Origin: Lingula anatina
Lineage: Eukaryota; Animalia; Brachiopoda
Assembly: GCA_051362555.1 (NCBI GenBank)
Contig: CM120643.1
Coordinates: 19,596,848 to 19,660,847, forward strand
Length of the DNA stretch: 64,000 nucleotides
Reading direction: 5' to 3'
Shown here: positions 13,508 to 27,304 of the stretch, piece after piece
How the letters are laid out: every line of letters starts with the position of its first letter
Numbering within the stretch: the stretch's first letter is position 1
Position numbers and translations under genes: made by a program
The notes under the pieces: generated by a model
What the model was told of the DNA's origin: nothing
The model's database searches: none
What the model saw: the letters and a program-made list of their open reading frames with translations, nothing else

Positions 13508-14667
13508 AGAACAAATTTAAAAAAAAAGAAAAAATAATTTAGAACATTTTATCTCTTGTTTTAGTTGACTGTAGCAAATATTATCCTAAATCCAGGTAGG
13601 CAAATATTTTTCGTTGTAACGTAAAGACAAACTTTCAAATGAACTTCTGTTGAGAAATTTGACCAAGTTGGTTCTGAAACCTACTGGGGTCCCCCCAAGC
13701 ACTTCTTTAAGGATTTGAATGGGCCAAAGTTACCCATTTCAAAGGTACCCAGCTGGCCCATCCCTACCAGTGCTGAGATAGGCCAGGGATACCACTAGAA
13801 CTAGTCATTCCCAGTAGGGAGCCTGACCTGTGTAGAGAATTGATTGTTTTGTGTCTTGCTTGAGAGGCTACAAGATCTGGATATTGATCTGCTCCTGGGT
13901 GCAGATGGCTCGATATGGCAGCACTAAGTGGATGTGCCATGTGGCAGTCTATGGAAGTGTGTTTTTGGTTCTGTTATGAAAGTTTTTTCAGATAAGGGTG
14001 GTGTTTTTTTTTTCTCCCACCACCACCACAAAGGGGAAGGTTATACATTGACTTAAATCTTTCTTTTTGTCCACTTTTCTGATTTTCTGTTTGATGCATA
14101 GCAAGATAGAGATATAGATCTAATTTATGAACTTGGTACAAATTCAGTGTTCATATATATTCAATATTTTCAATATTTTGGAAGTACATGAAAATATTTT
14201 TAAAGGGTCGTGGTTTCTGTCAGCCCCAGCCAAAATATTATCTGGTAATATATATGTAGATGGCTGTTGACATATAGTAGGGTTTTTGCATTTATGATGT
14301 CATGTTATCAAACTTATTTATCTGTTAATCCAGATTAGATGTCTGACCAGAAAGGTTTCTGACCTTGACCTTGCTCTTTGACCTGTTGATTTGGTTACAG
14401 TCTACAAAGGACAGAATGTTTGTATTTTATTTATTATTTTATTTAATCTAATTTATTTATTTTTATTTGTATTTAATTTTTTGGAAGGGGTTGGCTTGAG
14501 GTTGATTTACTGATAAGCCCAATACAGTCATTTTGAGGTTAAAACCTGCAGCATGCAGTATGTAACACTTACGCTCAGTTAATCCCTATGAGGTGATAAT
14601 TCTATTTGTATGACGACTCTCTTGATAACTCTCCCCATCCGTATTGTCTGTGCACTAGTACATTAAA

Positions 14668-14918
14668 GGACCATTCTCACAGATATTTGGATCGATCTTT
14701 CTCCCTGGGGAGTCTCACTAAATTGCTATCCAACTACTAGTAACTGGCTTAAACGTCTGTCATGCCTAGTAAAGCTGTTAGAAGGTAATTATCTTTACCC
14801 CTAGCTGATTCGGTAGGCATGGCAGATATTTTAAGCCTCTTGAGCTGATAGAAATTTAGCATGAACCCCCAGGGAGTTAGGTCGATCCAGATGGATCGGT
14901 CTAAGTATGGGAACCCAG
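14668..14918 (-). mobile_element. MITE family A
   Basis: Reverse complement of 23702-23945; internal inverted repeats. Confidence 0.8.
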
Positions 14919-15637
14919 TCTAAAACTGTCTGCATATTACCATGCTCTGATGATAATGTCAGGCCAGATTTCCTAGAACCCCATTGTAATCTCCTCTCAT
15001 TCACTGCTTGCGTGGTTTCTGTATGGGCAGCAGTGCCAACTCTATATAGCCTACTAGTATAGCATGCTCTCTCCATGGCCTGTATTCTTGGGAACATTTC
15101 TTTGTTGGAAAGGAGTTTCATTTCCCAACCTCCCCCTAATATTTGGTTGACTATATTTTTGATGTCCAATGAATACATACATATGTGTTGTTGTAACAGA
15201 ATACACTAATTCTTAACTCCTTTGTAATCATTTGTATAAGTATGGCCTATGTATTTTGTATAAGTGTAGCTGTAAAAATGTTCTGGGAAATATATAAATA
15301 ATTCAATCTGCTCCAATGTAGGAAGAGTGCAATGTGTTTAGGCATTCTTTGCTTGTCTGCCTATGAATGCTTTTATTTTAGGTGTTATTTGGATACAGTA
15401 ATAAAAATAGACCTGCTGTCCATATTTAGAGATATTGATAACCAAAACTATGCATAGAACTGCACTTACACAGACAGGAATAGAACGTTGACACTGACAG
15501 CAACATGATAGATAGCCCATGTAATAAAAAAGTGAATAACGTAATTAACAGCAGTCTGTTTTAGGCATCGTTAAGTGCCTCCATCTGGTGTAGCCGAAAT
15601 TATTTTGAAAGCTTAATCTCAGTAAGAAAATGGTTCG

Positions 15638-15668
<31 letters not shown>

Positions 15669-15985
15669 ACACACACACACATCAAGTGATGGGTGATGTG
15701 AAAATAGAGGTTCGAAATCATGCATGATCTGCGTTTTGTTATCTATCTGGCCTGTCTAGCATATTAGCGTCATAGCCTAGAGTCAACTCAGTGCAGTGAT
15801 ATTGCGTGTTATATATCTAGCATATTGATGTACGGTACTTTTGAAGACTTTTCCATTTGTAATCAGGTGTTATCTGTCACCAAGAACTTTTAAGTTGTCA
15901 ATAATGGCATGAGTTTCCAGTGGATTTGAAGCTGGTGGCCATATTGATGCCCATTTAGAAAGAGTAGTTTTAAGTCAATGTCTTA

Positions 15986-16225
15986 GAGCTCATTCCCAAT
16001 GAAATTATCATTCTATGACGATCTATCCAACTCTATGTTGACTCTTGCTGAATGCAATCAGATTAACATGCCTCCTCCAGGAGTTGAGTAGAATACAAAA
16101 TAGCTGGTGATTAAACAAGAGGAGGCATGTTTATCTGTTAATCTGATTGTATTCTCATTTCAGGAAGTATCCCCACAGAGTTGGATTGATCTTCATGGAG
16201 TGATAGTTTAATTGGGAATGTGCCC
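15986..16225. mobile_element. Hairpin MITE, Harbinger-like
   Basis: TIR gagctcattcccaat / attgggaatgtgccc; flanked by TTA / TAA. Confidence 0.65.
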
Positions 16226-19200
16226 TAAGAAAATAGGGATGATTTCTCAGCAAGTTGTGCAAGGATCCAGTCTCAGCTGAGTGTTACTTAAAATGAAACC
16301 TGATATTTTCTTGTTAGCAGATGTATTCTACTGTCCTTGGTTTCCATTGTCACGAAAGAAATTTCAAATCACTGAAGCAAGGGAAATTTCAAATATCTCT
16401 CTCCCCTTCCTATCTTAAGCATAAATGGGATAGAAAAAATTATTCTATGGCTAAAAAGAATTATGGTGATAATCGTTAAATTTCAAACACCACACTATAT
16501 GCAATATGTTTTGTTTATTTTATTTTGCATATCTTTTTTTTTTTTTTTTTTTTTTTTGTTGTTGTTTCTGAAAACTACAATTTCTGACTTACACTCATTT
16601 TCCTTTGAGAGGTCTGAGGCATATTTTTAGTGTTATCAGTTATTACTGTCAGACACAACTGCTTGGGGAAAATGATTCTGATCCCACGTCCTACCAAATT
16701 AGTGTTGTTTTTCGGTAAGTTACAACACTTTGGGCTATCACTGCTTGAGTTTTTTTTTTTTATTTGATGGATTCAGTACTGCATCAGTAAAATTGACTGA
16801 CAGATCTGACAGAAATGGAATTATTTACCCAACGTTGATTGTTTTTTGTTGAGATTATTTTTCTGGGTTAAAACTACAGTTTGATTTGCAAGCAATGTTT
16901 CAGTTCTATAGTATGTATGTTGGAAATTGTCTTTTGTCACCAACACCACCTCCACATATGCAAATGATGAAGGATAGAGTTTCAACTGGGTTGAGAAAAC
17001 TTACTGGTCGTAGGTCAGTTCAGGCATCTATTAGTATGATTTAAATCTTTCAGTCTATTACTTCTTTCTTTCTTTATTTATTGTAGAAACCAAACTTTTC
17101 ACATTTTGCATTTAGTCAGTGGTAAATTAACCAAAAAAGTAGGAAGAAAAAAGGCATTATTATTGTTAAAGCTATTGGTAATTCTTCTGATTGAATTCTG
17201 ATGGATTCAGATTTTGATTACTGTACAACTTTTAGGCTCAAATATGAAACAATTTTATGTGAGTTGACCACGCATTTTGATCTAAATCTGACGGCTTTGA
17301 TTTGATGTAATTACTGAACACAGAAAGCAGGTGTGTTCAGACTAGATGTCATACAGGAACGATGTGGGTTAGGTCTGTAAAGGATCGTGGTAATGCTGGT
17401 ACTTTGATGATGCTGAAAAGTAAGCTCTAGTACGGAGTTGGAAAGTTTTTCTCTTTATAAATCATACCAATCTGCAATGTACTGCATTAGTACTTTATTT
17501 GATGAGTGGCATTTCTGCAGCTAGCTGGATTACAGTACTCGAAAAGGAGATGGTTGAAATAGTCTCAGTGGGTGGTTGGTGGGGTGGGGGGGGGAGTGTG
17601 AATAGGTGCAGAATATAATTTCATATTGTTCAATGATTAAAAAAATACATTGTGAACAAAATGAATAGAATATAAGATTGAAAGGTTGTTGATAGAGTTA
17701 ATGTCTGAAATAGTTTTCTCTCCTAATCCTATGAACACTGCTTTTATGATCTGCAAGTTCTTAAAATTGAGCTGGGTTTATGCCAGGGTGTTTTTGAGAG
17801 TTATAAAAAAATGGAATTTTGAAAAAAAAATGGGATAAATTGGAACAAAAGCAAAGCATTTGAAATTTCTGAAAAGAAAAAAGTGTATTTTCTACGTAGG
17901 AGTGTAGGTAATTATGCTGCACATGTATTATTTAACAGCCTGCAGATATAGCTAAAACCACTAGAGGCTTGAGGAAAAACCAGTCGTGTGCATCTTTGGC
18001 AAGGTGTCTTGCACATATAACATACGGCATATTTGTTGTGTAGACTTGTACATTGGTCTGTGGCACCAGAGTCACTAGGAAGAAGATGGTCAGACAGAGG
18101 TTAACCAGAAGTCAGACAGAGGCAGGGCAAGTAACCGGTCAGTTGGCCGACTGACTAGGAAATTCTGTCACTAAAATTAGCCACATATACAGGTACTTGT
18201 AAGCAATAAGATATTGCACAGATTAGATGCCACCCTCGCTTATATAAAAAAAAAAAAACACTGTATTTTGTATTAACACTTGCTGCATGTTTTCCAATGT
18301 GGTGAATTATTTATGAATTATTGCTCTTTGCTTGTGAGAATTGAAGGTTGTCATTACTAATGAGGAGTCTCGAGGTGTAAATCTGGATGGTTACATTATA
18401 GAGGAAGGTTTTTTTTTTCAGAAAAGACCTGGATGGATACATGCACTGTTTACTTTGGCTATTTCCACTCAGTCTGGACTTAATTCCCAATTTTCAGAAT
18501 ATATACATATACATATCCCATTGCCACTTTTTCTTTATCAAGCTATAATGCAGTTTTCAGCCTTAAAGTTAAAACCGGTGTCTACAGGTAACTAATATGA
18601 CACCAAGTCTTTCAGTAAGTAATAACATCGTGTATGGTTTCTGCGATATTACATGAAGTGCTGTGGCAGATTTATATTCCATGTTGTGTGCTTTGTGCTG
18701 GAAAACCACATCTCATATGAATTATGCAAGTGTTCAGTGAAATCATCAGCAATGCACTCAAGTCTAAAATGACAAATAGCTGGTAAACACTACTACAGTC
18801 ATGATGCTAAATTTTAATCAATTTCAGAAACTGTAGATCAGTTGAATTGGCTATGAGAGACTTTGATCTATTTAGGTAATAATTATGGGGCACTGAAATG
18901 AGAATTGACTTCTGGTCAGGGTCCTGTATCCATTAGATGGCAATTCTGTGCTTGGCAGCTGCCATACTTTTCCCAGTAATTATCCATTTCATATCTTTTA
19001 TAGCAATATAAAAACTATCTATGATGTAGTTTTGCACATGAGAAATCTGTTAATATATTTCTCTGTCTTGTTCTGACGGACTTAGTGTAATATAGTGATA
19101 CACAGACTGACAAATTGCAAACATTCCGCCAATAAAAGACATATCACTATAAAAATATTGATGAATTTTGGTACCCAGTTTTTTTAAAAAATGATGATAG

Positions 19201-19891
19201 ATTTCCATACTGACCCCATCTACAAACAGATATTTGGGAATGCCCAATCATCTTTTTAAACTAGGATAGAAGACATTTTGCATCCTAGTTATAAAATAGT
19301 GTGACAAATATGCAGCAAGGAGAGATATCATTATTTCATTTGGTCCAATATTGGGTGCACTAACCATAACAGGTTGCCAGGAGATTAAATAGCTATCAAA
19401 TACAATGATTCAATGAGGGGGAGATTCATGCCTGTTCAACTAAGCCAGTATTTATTGGGAAATTGGACTTTTAGAATCATAGACACCTCTGGCAAAAAGT
19501 ACAGCTGGGTGCCTGGGAGTCTGTAAGGGTATTAACCTCAATTTTTTCAGGAATTGCCTTACTATAGATCAGAGAACAATATTTAACATATTCTTGCCAT
19601 CAGTAGAAGGGAGTCGCAATGGGGTTGTGTCTAATTGATATAACGTAGTAGACAGCCTTCTTAGTCCTAAGCTATACATGCACACCTAAATGCATGCACT
19701 TGCAAGCTTCTAATTAGATTTGATTACCTGTCTGTGGTTACAAACATAATTAAAGAATCTGCTGCTCAGCAAAGTAATACTGACTGAATGAGGTCATCCT
19801 AACCTGGTTTTGACTGAAAGTGAAACCTATGTGCCGAATGTCTTCTTATAAAACTGGTTGTAAATCTTTTGTACCTTCAAGGTATTTGTTA

Positions 19892-20680
19892 GCAGTTCCA
19901 AGGTACAGGTAGTTCCAAGGTACTGGCAGTTTTAAGGTACTGGCAGTGTCAAGGTAAAGGCAGTTTTAAGGTACTGGCAGTGTCAAGGTAAAGGCAGTTT
20001 TAAGGTACTGGCAGTGTCAAGGTAAAGGCAGTTTTAAGGTACTGGCAGTGTCAAGGTAAAGGCAGTTTTAAGGTACTGGCAGTGTCAAGGTAAAGGCAGT
20101 TTTAAGGTACTGGCAGTGTCAAGGTAAAGGCAGTTCCAAGGTACTGGCAGTTCCAAGGTACTGGCAGTTTTAAGGTACTGGCAGTGTCAAGGTAAAGGCA
20201 GTTTTAAGGTACTGGCAGTGTCAAGGTAAAGGCAGTTTTAAGGTACTGACAGTTTCAAGGTACTGGCAGTTTTGAGGTACAGGCAGTGTCAAGGTAAAGG
20301 CAGTTTTAAGGTACTGGCAGTTCCAAGGTACAGGAAGTTTCGAGGTACAGGGAGTTTCAAGGTACAGGCAGTGTCAAGGTAAAGGCAGTTTTAAGGTACT
20401 GACAGTTTCAAGGTACAGGCAGTGTCAAGGTAAAGGCAGTTTTAAGGTACTGACAGTTTCAAGGTACAGGCAGTGTCAAGGTAAAGGCAGTTTCAAGGTA
20501 CTGGCAGTTTCAAGGTACAGGCAGTGTCAAGGTAAAGGCAGTTTTAAGGTACTGACAGTTTCAAGGTACAGGCAGTGTTAAGGTAAAGGCAGTTTTAAGG
20601 TACTGGCAGTTTCAATTTACAGGCAGTGTCAAGGTAAAGGCAGTTTTAAGGTACTGGCAGTTTCAAGATACAGGCAGGTA
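19892..20680. repeat. 17-bp minisatellite with 34-bp higher-order dimer (ggcagttttaaggtact / ggcagtgtcaaggtaaa)
   Basis: About 45 monomers; period 34 read directly (19981 to 20015). Confidence 0.95.
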
Positions 20681-21938
20681 CAGTACCTTGCAAGTCTTAG
20701 CCCCCCTGGGCATAATGATGCGTTCAATGCCCAGTGTGTTTTAAAACCAAGACATTAATCAGCAATAGCACTTTGCAAATATTTGTGGTAAGTATAAATT
20801 ACCACTTTGGATATGATGTGGGGATTTCTCAAAAAAGTTGAGCAATATTTGAAAAATATACTTTGCCAAATGGTGTTTTGTTGGTTTAAACTATAAAAAG
20901 ATTATTTAAAAGGTTTGAAAGTTGAAAGTTGGATTCTGACAACAGAAAGTATGTTTTTGTAAGTGACTATAAAAAAATTTATGGTGGGATAAGCTAGGAG
21001 TTTGACATTGGTTAATAATATCTGCAGTCAGTAAAGTGCTAGAACTTTCAGTCCATGCTCTGTGAACAATAGATGTTAATCATTGCCTGGTGCAGTTCTA
21101 TCTCTTACGGAGGCCATTGAACTATTTTGTTCTGTGAAATTGTTTCCCTTGGGAGGCAGGGAGATTTTATGGCTGCCATGTGATAAAATAATTTTCTTCC
21201 CCTTTCTGCTTTCATAATACCTTTTCTCGTTCTGAAATAGGAGAGTTTCTTTTGAATATGAAATTTTGCCCTGGTGATTTTTTTTCAGTTGAATGAGTAA
21301 GAAGCATTATTGGATGATAAAAGAGTAGACATGACATTTTTGACTGAATTTTTCTTTGCTTCAGTAGTAGTATTGCAGTGGAATTAATTCTAAGAAATAG
21401 GGATGGCTGTGGAATGTTTATTCCTGTCATTTAAGGAGGATTTAGTAGCAGAGTTCTTGAAGTCAGATTTAGGAGATATAGAGGCAAGAAGATTGGTATA
21501 GGTGAATTGAGAGCTTTCTGAGAAGCATGGACATAAAAAAATGCTTTTTCTTGATATTTGGGCAAATTTGAAGAATTTCTTTGAATGAGAGTGATATCTG
21601 CACTGTTAATGATAGTGGACATTGTGCATCTTTGTATAAGAATCATATTTCAGCAGAGATGAATCATAAGAAGTATTGTTGCTTCTTGTTGCATTTACAC
21701 CTTTCTACTTAGGATTGACATGTGGAATTTCTGTTAGGAGCATCAGTGAAGATAATGGCTGCATAGGACTCTTGAATGTTTTTCTTTTTAAAATTATCTT
21801 CCATTGTGAGAAGAAATGTAAATACAAGTACATGTATACTTTTCTCTTTCCAGAATGAACAGAGATGAGTTGCCGTGAATAACAACTATGGATATACCTT
21901 AACAGAGAGGACACTGGTGTGTCTGTAAACTTTCCAAT

Positions 21939-22011
21939 ATGTTAATGAACACAAAAAGACTGGTCTGCTTCTTGCTGTACAATGTGTTGCTTCCTATCAC
22001 TTTACTGGCAG
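21939..22011 (+). CDS. Piezo: Piezo first coding exon (MLMNTKRLVCFLLYNVLLPITLLA)
   Basis: ATG at 21939 (alternative 21945); donor G|gtaagg, phase 1; acceptor tttctctttccag ends 21853; resembles Piezo TM1. Confidence 0.9.
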
Positions 22012-22180
22012 GTAAGGATGCATGCTGTGGACAACATCACAGTTTATTTCATGGCAACATGCTGCACAGAAGTGAGCTAGCTTTCATCTTTTTACGGATC
22101 GATTGAGAAGCAAAACTTCTGGTGTGCTCAGCTTTATTTTAAATTGACTTTGTGAAAAATAATAAGAAATAAGCTGATGT

Positions 22181-22223
<43 letters not shown>

Positions 22224-25200
22224 ATGTGTGCTTCAAACAATTTTAAAATCCTTATTTCATTGATGGAATTGATATGAATTAACCCTATTTCCAGTCTGAT
22301 TTAGCCCTGGTCTTAACACGGCTGGAGACTGAGTGAACTCAGAAGTATACGACTAGGTTGTTTGGGGATAAAAACATAAAAATTCACTCTCAAATAGCGC
22401 CTTGTGATGAAAATTGATATTCCAGTATGGGTTGGGCACTCAATGACGTGGATCATTCATAAAGAAAAAGAAACCGGAAATAAGATCTTGTGATGAAGAT
22501 TTGCTTTATTATTTCAAAGTTCATACATATTCACATCAGGACTAATTAGGACTTTAAATAGACCAATATAACTAGTTCATATATGAACTCTTAATATGGC
22601 TAAGAATTCCAAATTTCACAATATGCAATAATGAGGAAGGGTCTGTTGACAATATTTAAGGCATTTTCAGTCCGAGTTGGACTTGATGACATGATCACGC
22701 CTTGAATCACGTGACTCTGCAAGTCATTATATTATACAAATTGGGGGACCTGCCCTACCTCAGTATCTCAAATCAGTTGTAGGAGTGAGCATTTGGCATG
22801 TGATGTATATTTACTGAGTAATTTGGGTCAACTTGTGGTTTGTACTGTCGTTTGCCCGACTGACAGTACAGCTGATATGTTTCTAGAACAAATTCCTTAC
22901 TTGGACAATATATATTTATATATTTATTTATTGTTTTATTTATTTTTAAGAATTCTGCTTTGAACAGTCTAACAATTAAGTATTGTGACCTGACAAAAGA
23001 GTATTCTAGAGATACCCACTTCATGAAAAATATTCAAAATAATTTATCAGAAAATTAATATTTGATTTTTGGAAAATGTTTCCTATTATAAAATATATAA
23101 TATTCAAAGTTGGTAGTTTGAAGTGCTGAGGCATATTTCTGATGACTCTTATTGGAATACACTGTTTACATTTTTATTGTAAAGTCTCAATTATTTAATT
23201 TCAGCTGTAATTTTTCGTTACAATGGGCTGTCATTTGTGTACGCATGTCTGCTGTTGGTGCTGCCACTGCTGCATACGCCATCGCAGAAGCACATGGCAG
23301 GTAAGATCAGCCAATCCATGGATGTTAAGGAAAATTTTGAGAGGCGCATTTGAGACTGAATAAAGTTAAAAAGATTATTTGAATAATATAAATAATAATA
23401 TTATCTTTGCAATATATAAAATAAATTTATTTTCTAAAAGAAAATTAAAAATTTCTTTTTCTGATTACAATTTTAGTTTGTTTTTTTATCAGTCACACCA
23501 ATATATAATATGTTTTTCTTTTTCATAATTGCAGGGCATACAGGGCGATACCTTAGAGCAGTCCTTGCGCTGAGTTCCATAGCCTTAATATTTCAGATTA
23601 TATTTCAAATATTCCTAGCTGTATATGCAAAAGCTCATGGGGAACCTTATGGTGCTATTTTACCAAACTGTGAGTATACAGGGGTGGACCGCTTTCTAAA
23701 ACTGGGTTCCCATACTTAGATCGATCCATCTGGATCAACCTGATCTATCTCCCTGGGGGTTCACGCTAAATTACTATCAGCTCAAGAGGCTTAAATGTCT
23801 GTCACACCTACCGAATCAGCTAGGGGGAAAGATAATAACCCCCTAACAGTTTAACTAGGCATGACAGATGTTTAAGCCAGTTAGTTTGATAGCAATTTAG
23901 TGAGACTCCCCAGGGAGATAGATCAATCCAAATATCTGTGGGAAAGTTCCCTAAAAGGCTTGAATATACTGGCAAGTGTTTAAAGGGATGACAACTCTTC
24001 ATTTTGGTGAGAAAGTTGCATAAAATGGATTTTCCTGGGGTAAACAACGATGCTCCCTTGCTCACCAATGGTTAATGAATCTGTTCTGACATTCCAAGGT
24101 AGTCAATTAGATTTAAAAAAAAATTTTTTGTAATAAACTCTTAAGAAGGTAGCCATCTGTGAAGGTTCACTTGGTTTGATGGCAAGCACAGATTTCAGAA
24201 TAATTCCAAAACTGCCGTTTCGATGGTAAAATGGAATTTATTAGATTTCTTTGTTGTTTACAATGAATTATTTTATCTTACAAAGAGTTGTTATCCCTTT
24301 GAGGTTTGAGCTGCATGAAGTAAGTACTTATAACACAACTCATTGTAATAAATCCTGCGTTTAAAATTAAAAACCTTTCATCTAGAAGTGTGATCAGCAT
24401 GCCTCGTCATCATCTGAAATGGCGAATATTTTTGTACAGTGGTGTTTTTGTCAAGTAGGATGGTGCGGATAAAAACGGTTAATCATGCACATAAACTTGA
24501 AAGCATGAAACTTGGCACAGTTGTAGAGAATGGTGTTCTGAGTATTATTACATTTGGAAATGAAAATGTCTATTACACAAACGTTGGAAAGCACTGGTTC
24601 AAAGAAAAAACTGAAAACAGGGTGTATGGAAAGTTTACAGCTTTAAGCATCTGTTGATGTTTTAACTAAATGAAAAGCAAACACAAAAATAGATATTGCC
24701 TTATGAAAATGACATGGAAACATTTGATTTGTAAACCAATTATAATAATTGATTAATTCATGAAATAAAAAAATTCCGCAATAAGAACTGATGACATGTC
24801 AGGCCCGTAGACAGCAATTTCAAAAGGGGGGTTCTTTTTTGAAAAAGTGAACCTTTTTCCATAAAAACTTCATGAACCTAGATCAAATTTTACCCGGATT
24901 GGACCTTTTCCCACCAAAAGGGGCAGTTCTTTCTAACCCCCCCCCCTCTCCCCGAACCCCCACTGGCTACGGGGCCTGCATGTGACAAACAATCCACAGT
25001 GTGTGGATATTTGAGACCCAGTGTAGAAGCCCACGCGTGACACCTGCCCTCACTCGATCCTAGGGTTTTTTTCTGAGGGATTTCTCTAATTGGCAGCAAA
25101 TAAGGAAAGATTTTCTAAGCTGGAGCTATGGATAATTGCCCAGTCCATTAATACTTCCTTGTATGGATGATGTGCTATTTATCTGGGAATAGAGGAGTTG

Positions 25201-27208
25201 TAACGACAGGCTATTTCTTAAAATAGGCTGTTATATTGACTGCTCACCCAAGTTAACAGTCTAAAGCTGCATTCAGCCATGTTTTGACTCAAATGAATAT
25301 ATAAGACTGACTTTGACAAGGAACTGTGTTTGTTTTCCACTCAACCAGTTTATATGAGTGACCCTGGGTAATGTGATCGTCACAGTGACTGGAAGGGTTT
25401 GTTTTTTAAAATATGAGAATAATGGCTCAGATGTCTTATCATAAAAAATTGTTTAAATACTTCCTTGAGTTCCTTTTAAAACATCACTGGATTCAACCAG
25501 GCTGAAATAATCATATTGCAAATCATATCCCCCAATCTGCATATTGTAAAAGTATTTGAGAAAATCTTTGATTTACCTTTAGTAGACAGATGTTAGATAA
25601 AGATATAAAATGTTTTTGTCTTTCACATTTGATGTTACATTTGAATAGGTTGTATATTGTTTTGAAAATAGTATATATAGTGTTGAAAATACTTATTTAT
25701 TTTTTTAATGTATATTGTGGCTCATCTTTAAAACTTCAGGTTCACAAGAAGAAAAAATACTTCGCCAGTTTGGATTTCAAAGGTGACAAACTGCAGTCAA
25801 TTTTCTTATAAAGTTGAACATCTCATTCAATATTATGATATTTGAAACGGTGTGATATAGTTGTAGATGCTTGTTGCTCAATATAGTATACATACATATA
25901 CGCGTGTGCACATACACACACGATTTATTTAATAAAAGAACAGAAATAACTTTTTCAATCTTTTTTTCAGGGTGGACGAGGCCAATGTTCTCAACATCGC
26001 CCGTCTCTTAGTCCCCGATGTCGCCATGTTCACAATCTCTTTAATAACATTTATAGTGTGTTGGAAACTTAACCCTCCCCTCAGACCTTCAGACCCCCAG
26101 CAACCAGTACGCAGAAGTTCACTTCTCAGTCACAAAAAGGTGTCCTACCAACAGTACATACAGGATCTTGGCGATGTCATAGCAATTTTATTTTTGGGCG
26201 TGGCTGGGATAGCCCATCCGTCTGTTATCTCTGCGGTGTATTTTCTTTCATTTTTGTTTATTGCCACCTGGTGGGCGTGTTATCGCGGGCTGGGGCAGTC
26301 GTACAGGCGGTTCCGGTTGGTCCTGCTGGTGTTCAGCGGGGTCCACTTACTGCTGTTGTATCTGTACCAGTTCCAGTTCTTCCAGGAGATTCTGGATCAT
26401 GAGGACTTTTATGCAAGGTAAAGCTTTGGAATAATACAGTGTATATATTGCAGTGCTGACAGCCTCATTTTATGACTTGAATGATTCCCATCAAGCTAAA
26501 AGCTTTATAATTGTTGGAGATTACCTAGAATGGATGAATGAATCAAAATGCAGCTGTTGTTACTCTCTTGCGATGCTGTGATTCAAAATGGTAATAAGTT
26601 GTCAGTCTTTTTCAAGTGTTTTGGTACAGACTTTATGTCTGCAGTATACACCACTTAATGTATTGAGGGCCTGAGAAAGATTGCAAATTGGTAACTGAAT
26701 CAAATGTTATTATCCCCAGTGATTTTGTCATCCAAAGAGGTATTTGATTTTTAATTACCCTGGAGTAAACATTGCTTGTTAACAAGAAAATTATATCTGG
26801 GTAATTAATCTTTTCATTTCCTAAACTGATAGTAGATGGAAAGCTGCCTGCGTACATGCTTAATTTGACAGTGACTTATGAATATTCTAAACTGAGGTCT
26901 TGGTTTATAAACTGCGATAATATGACAGCTAGCTCAGTTGGAAAATTGTTTCAGCTCTAGTTGAAGCTGTTTTAATGATTGATGTGGAAATGCCACACTT
27001 AGCTGGATTTGTTTAATCTCTTAGTCTTCTGTCCTTGAAAAGTGTTGAAGACGAATTCACTTGCAAAGGATAAATCAAGTCCTGCAGAATGTTTAGAATA
27101 TACCTTGTGAAATGGCAGCTAAAATAACCTGAAGGTTAAATTTTAAAATAAAAAAAAATTAACATGAAAATTAAAGTTAAACGTAACATGCAAATTTTGT
27201 TATTATTA

Positions 27209-27304
<96 letters not shown>

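Noticed and set aside
21200-21930. Purine-skewed stretch as an antisense LINE reverse-transcriptase remnant
   Set aside because: The resemblance is vague and no convincing RT motif is readable by eye.
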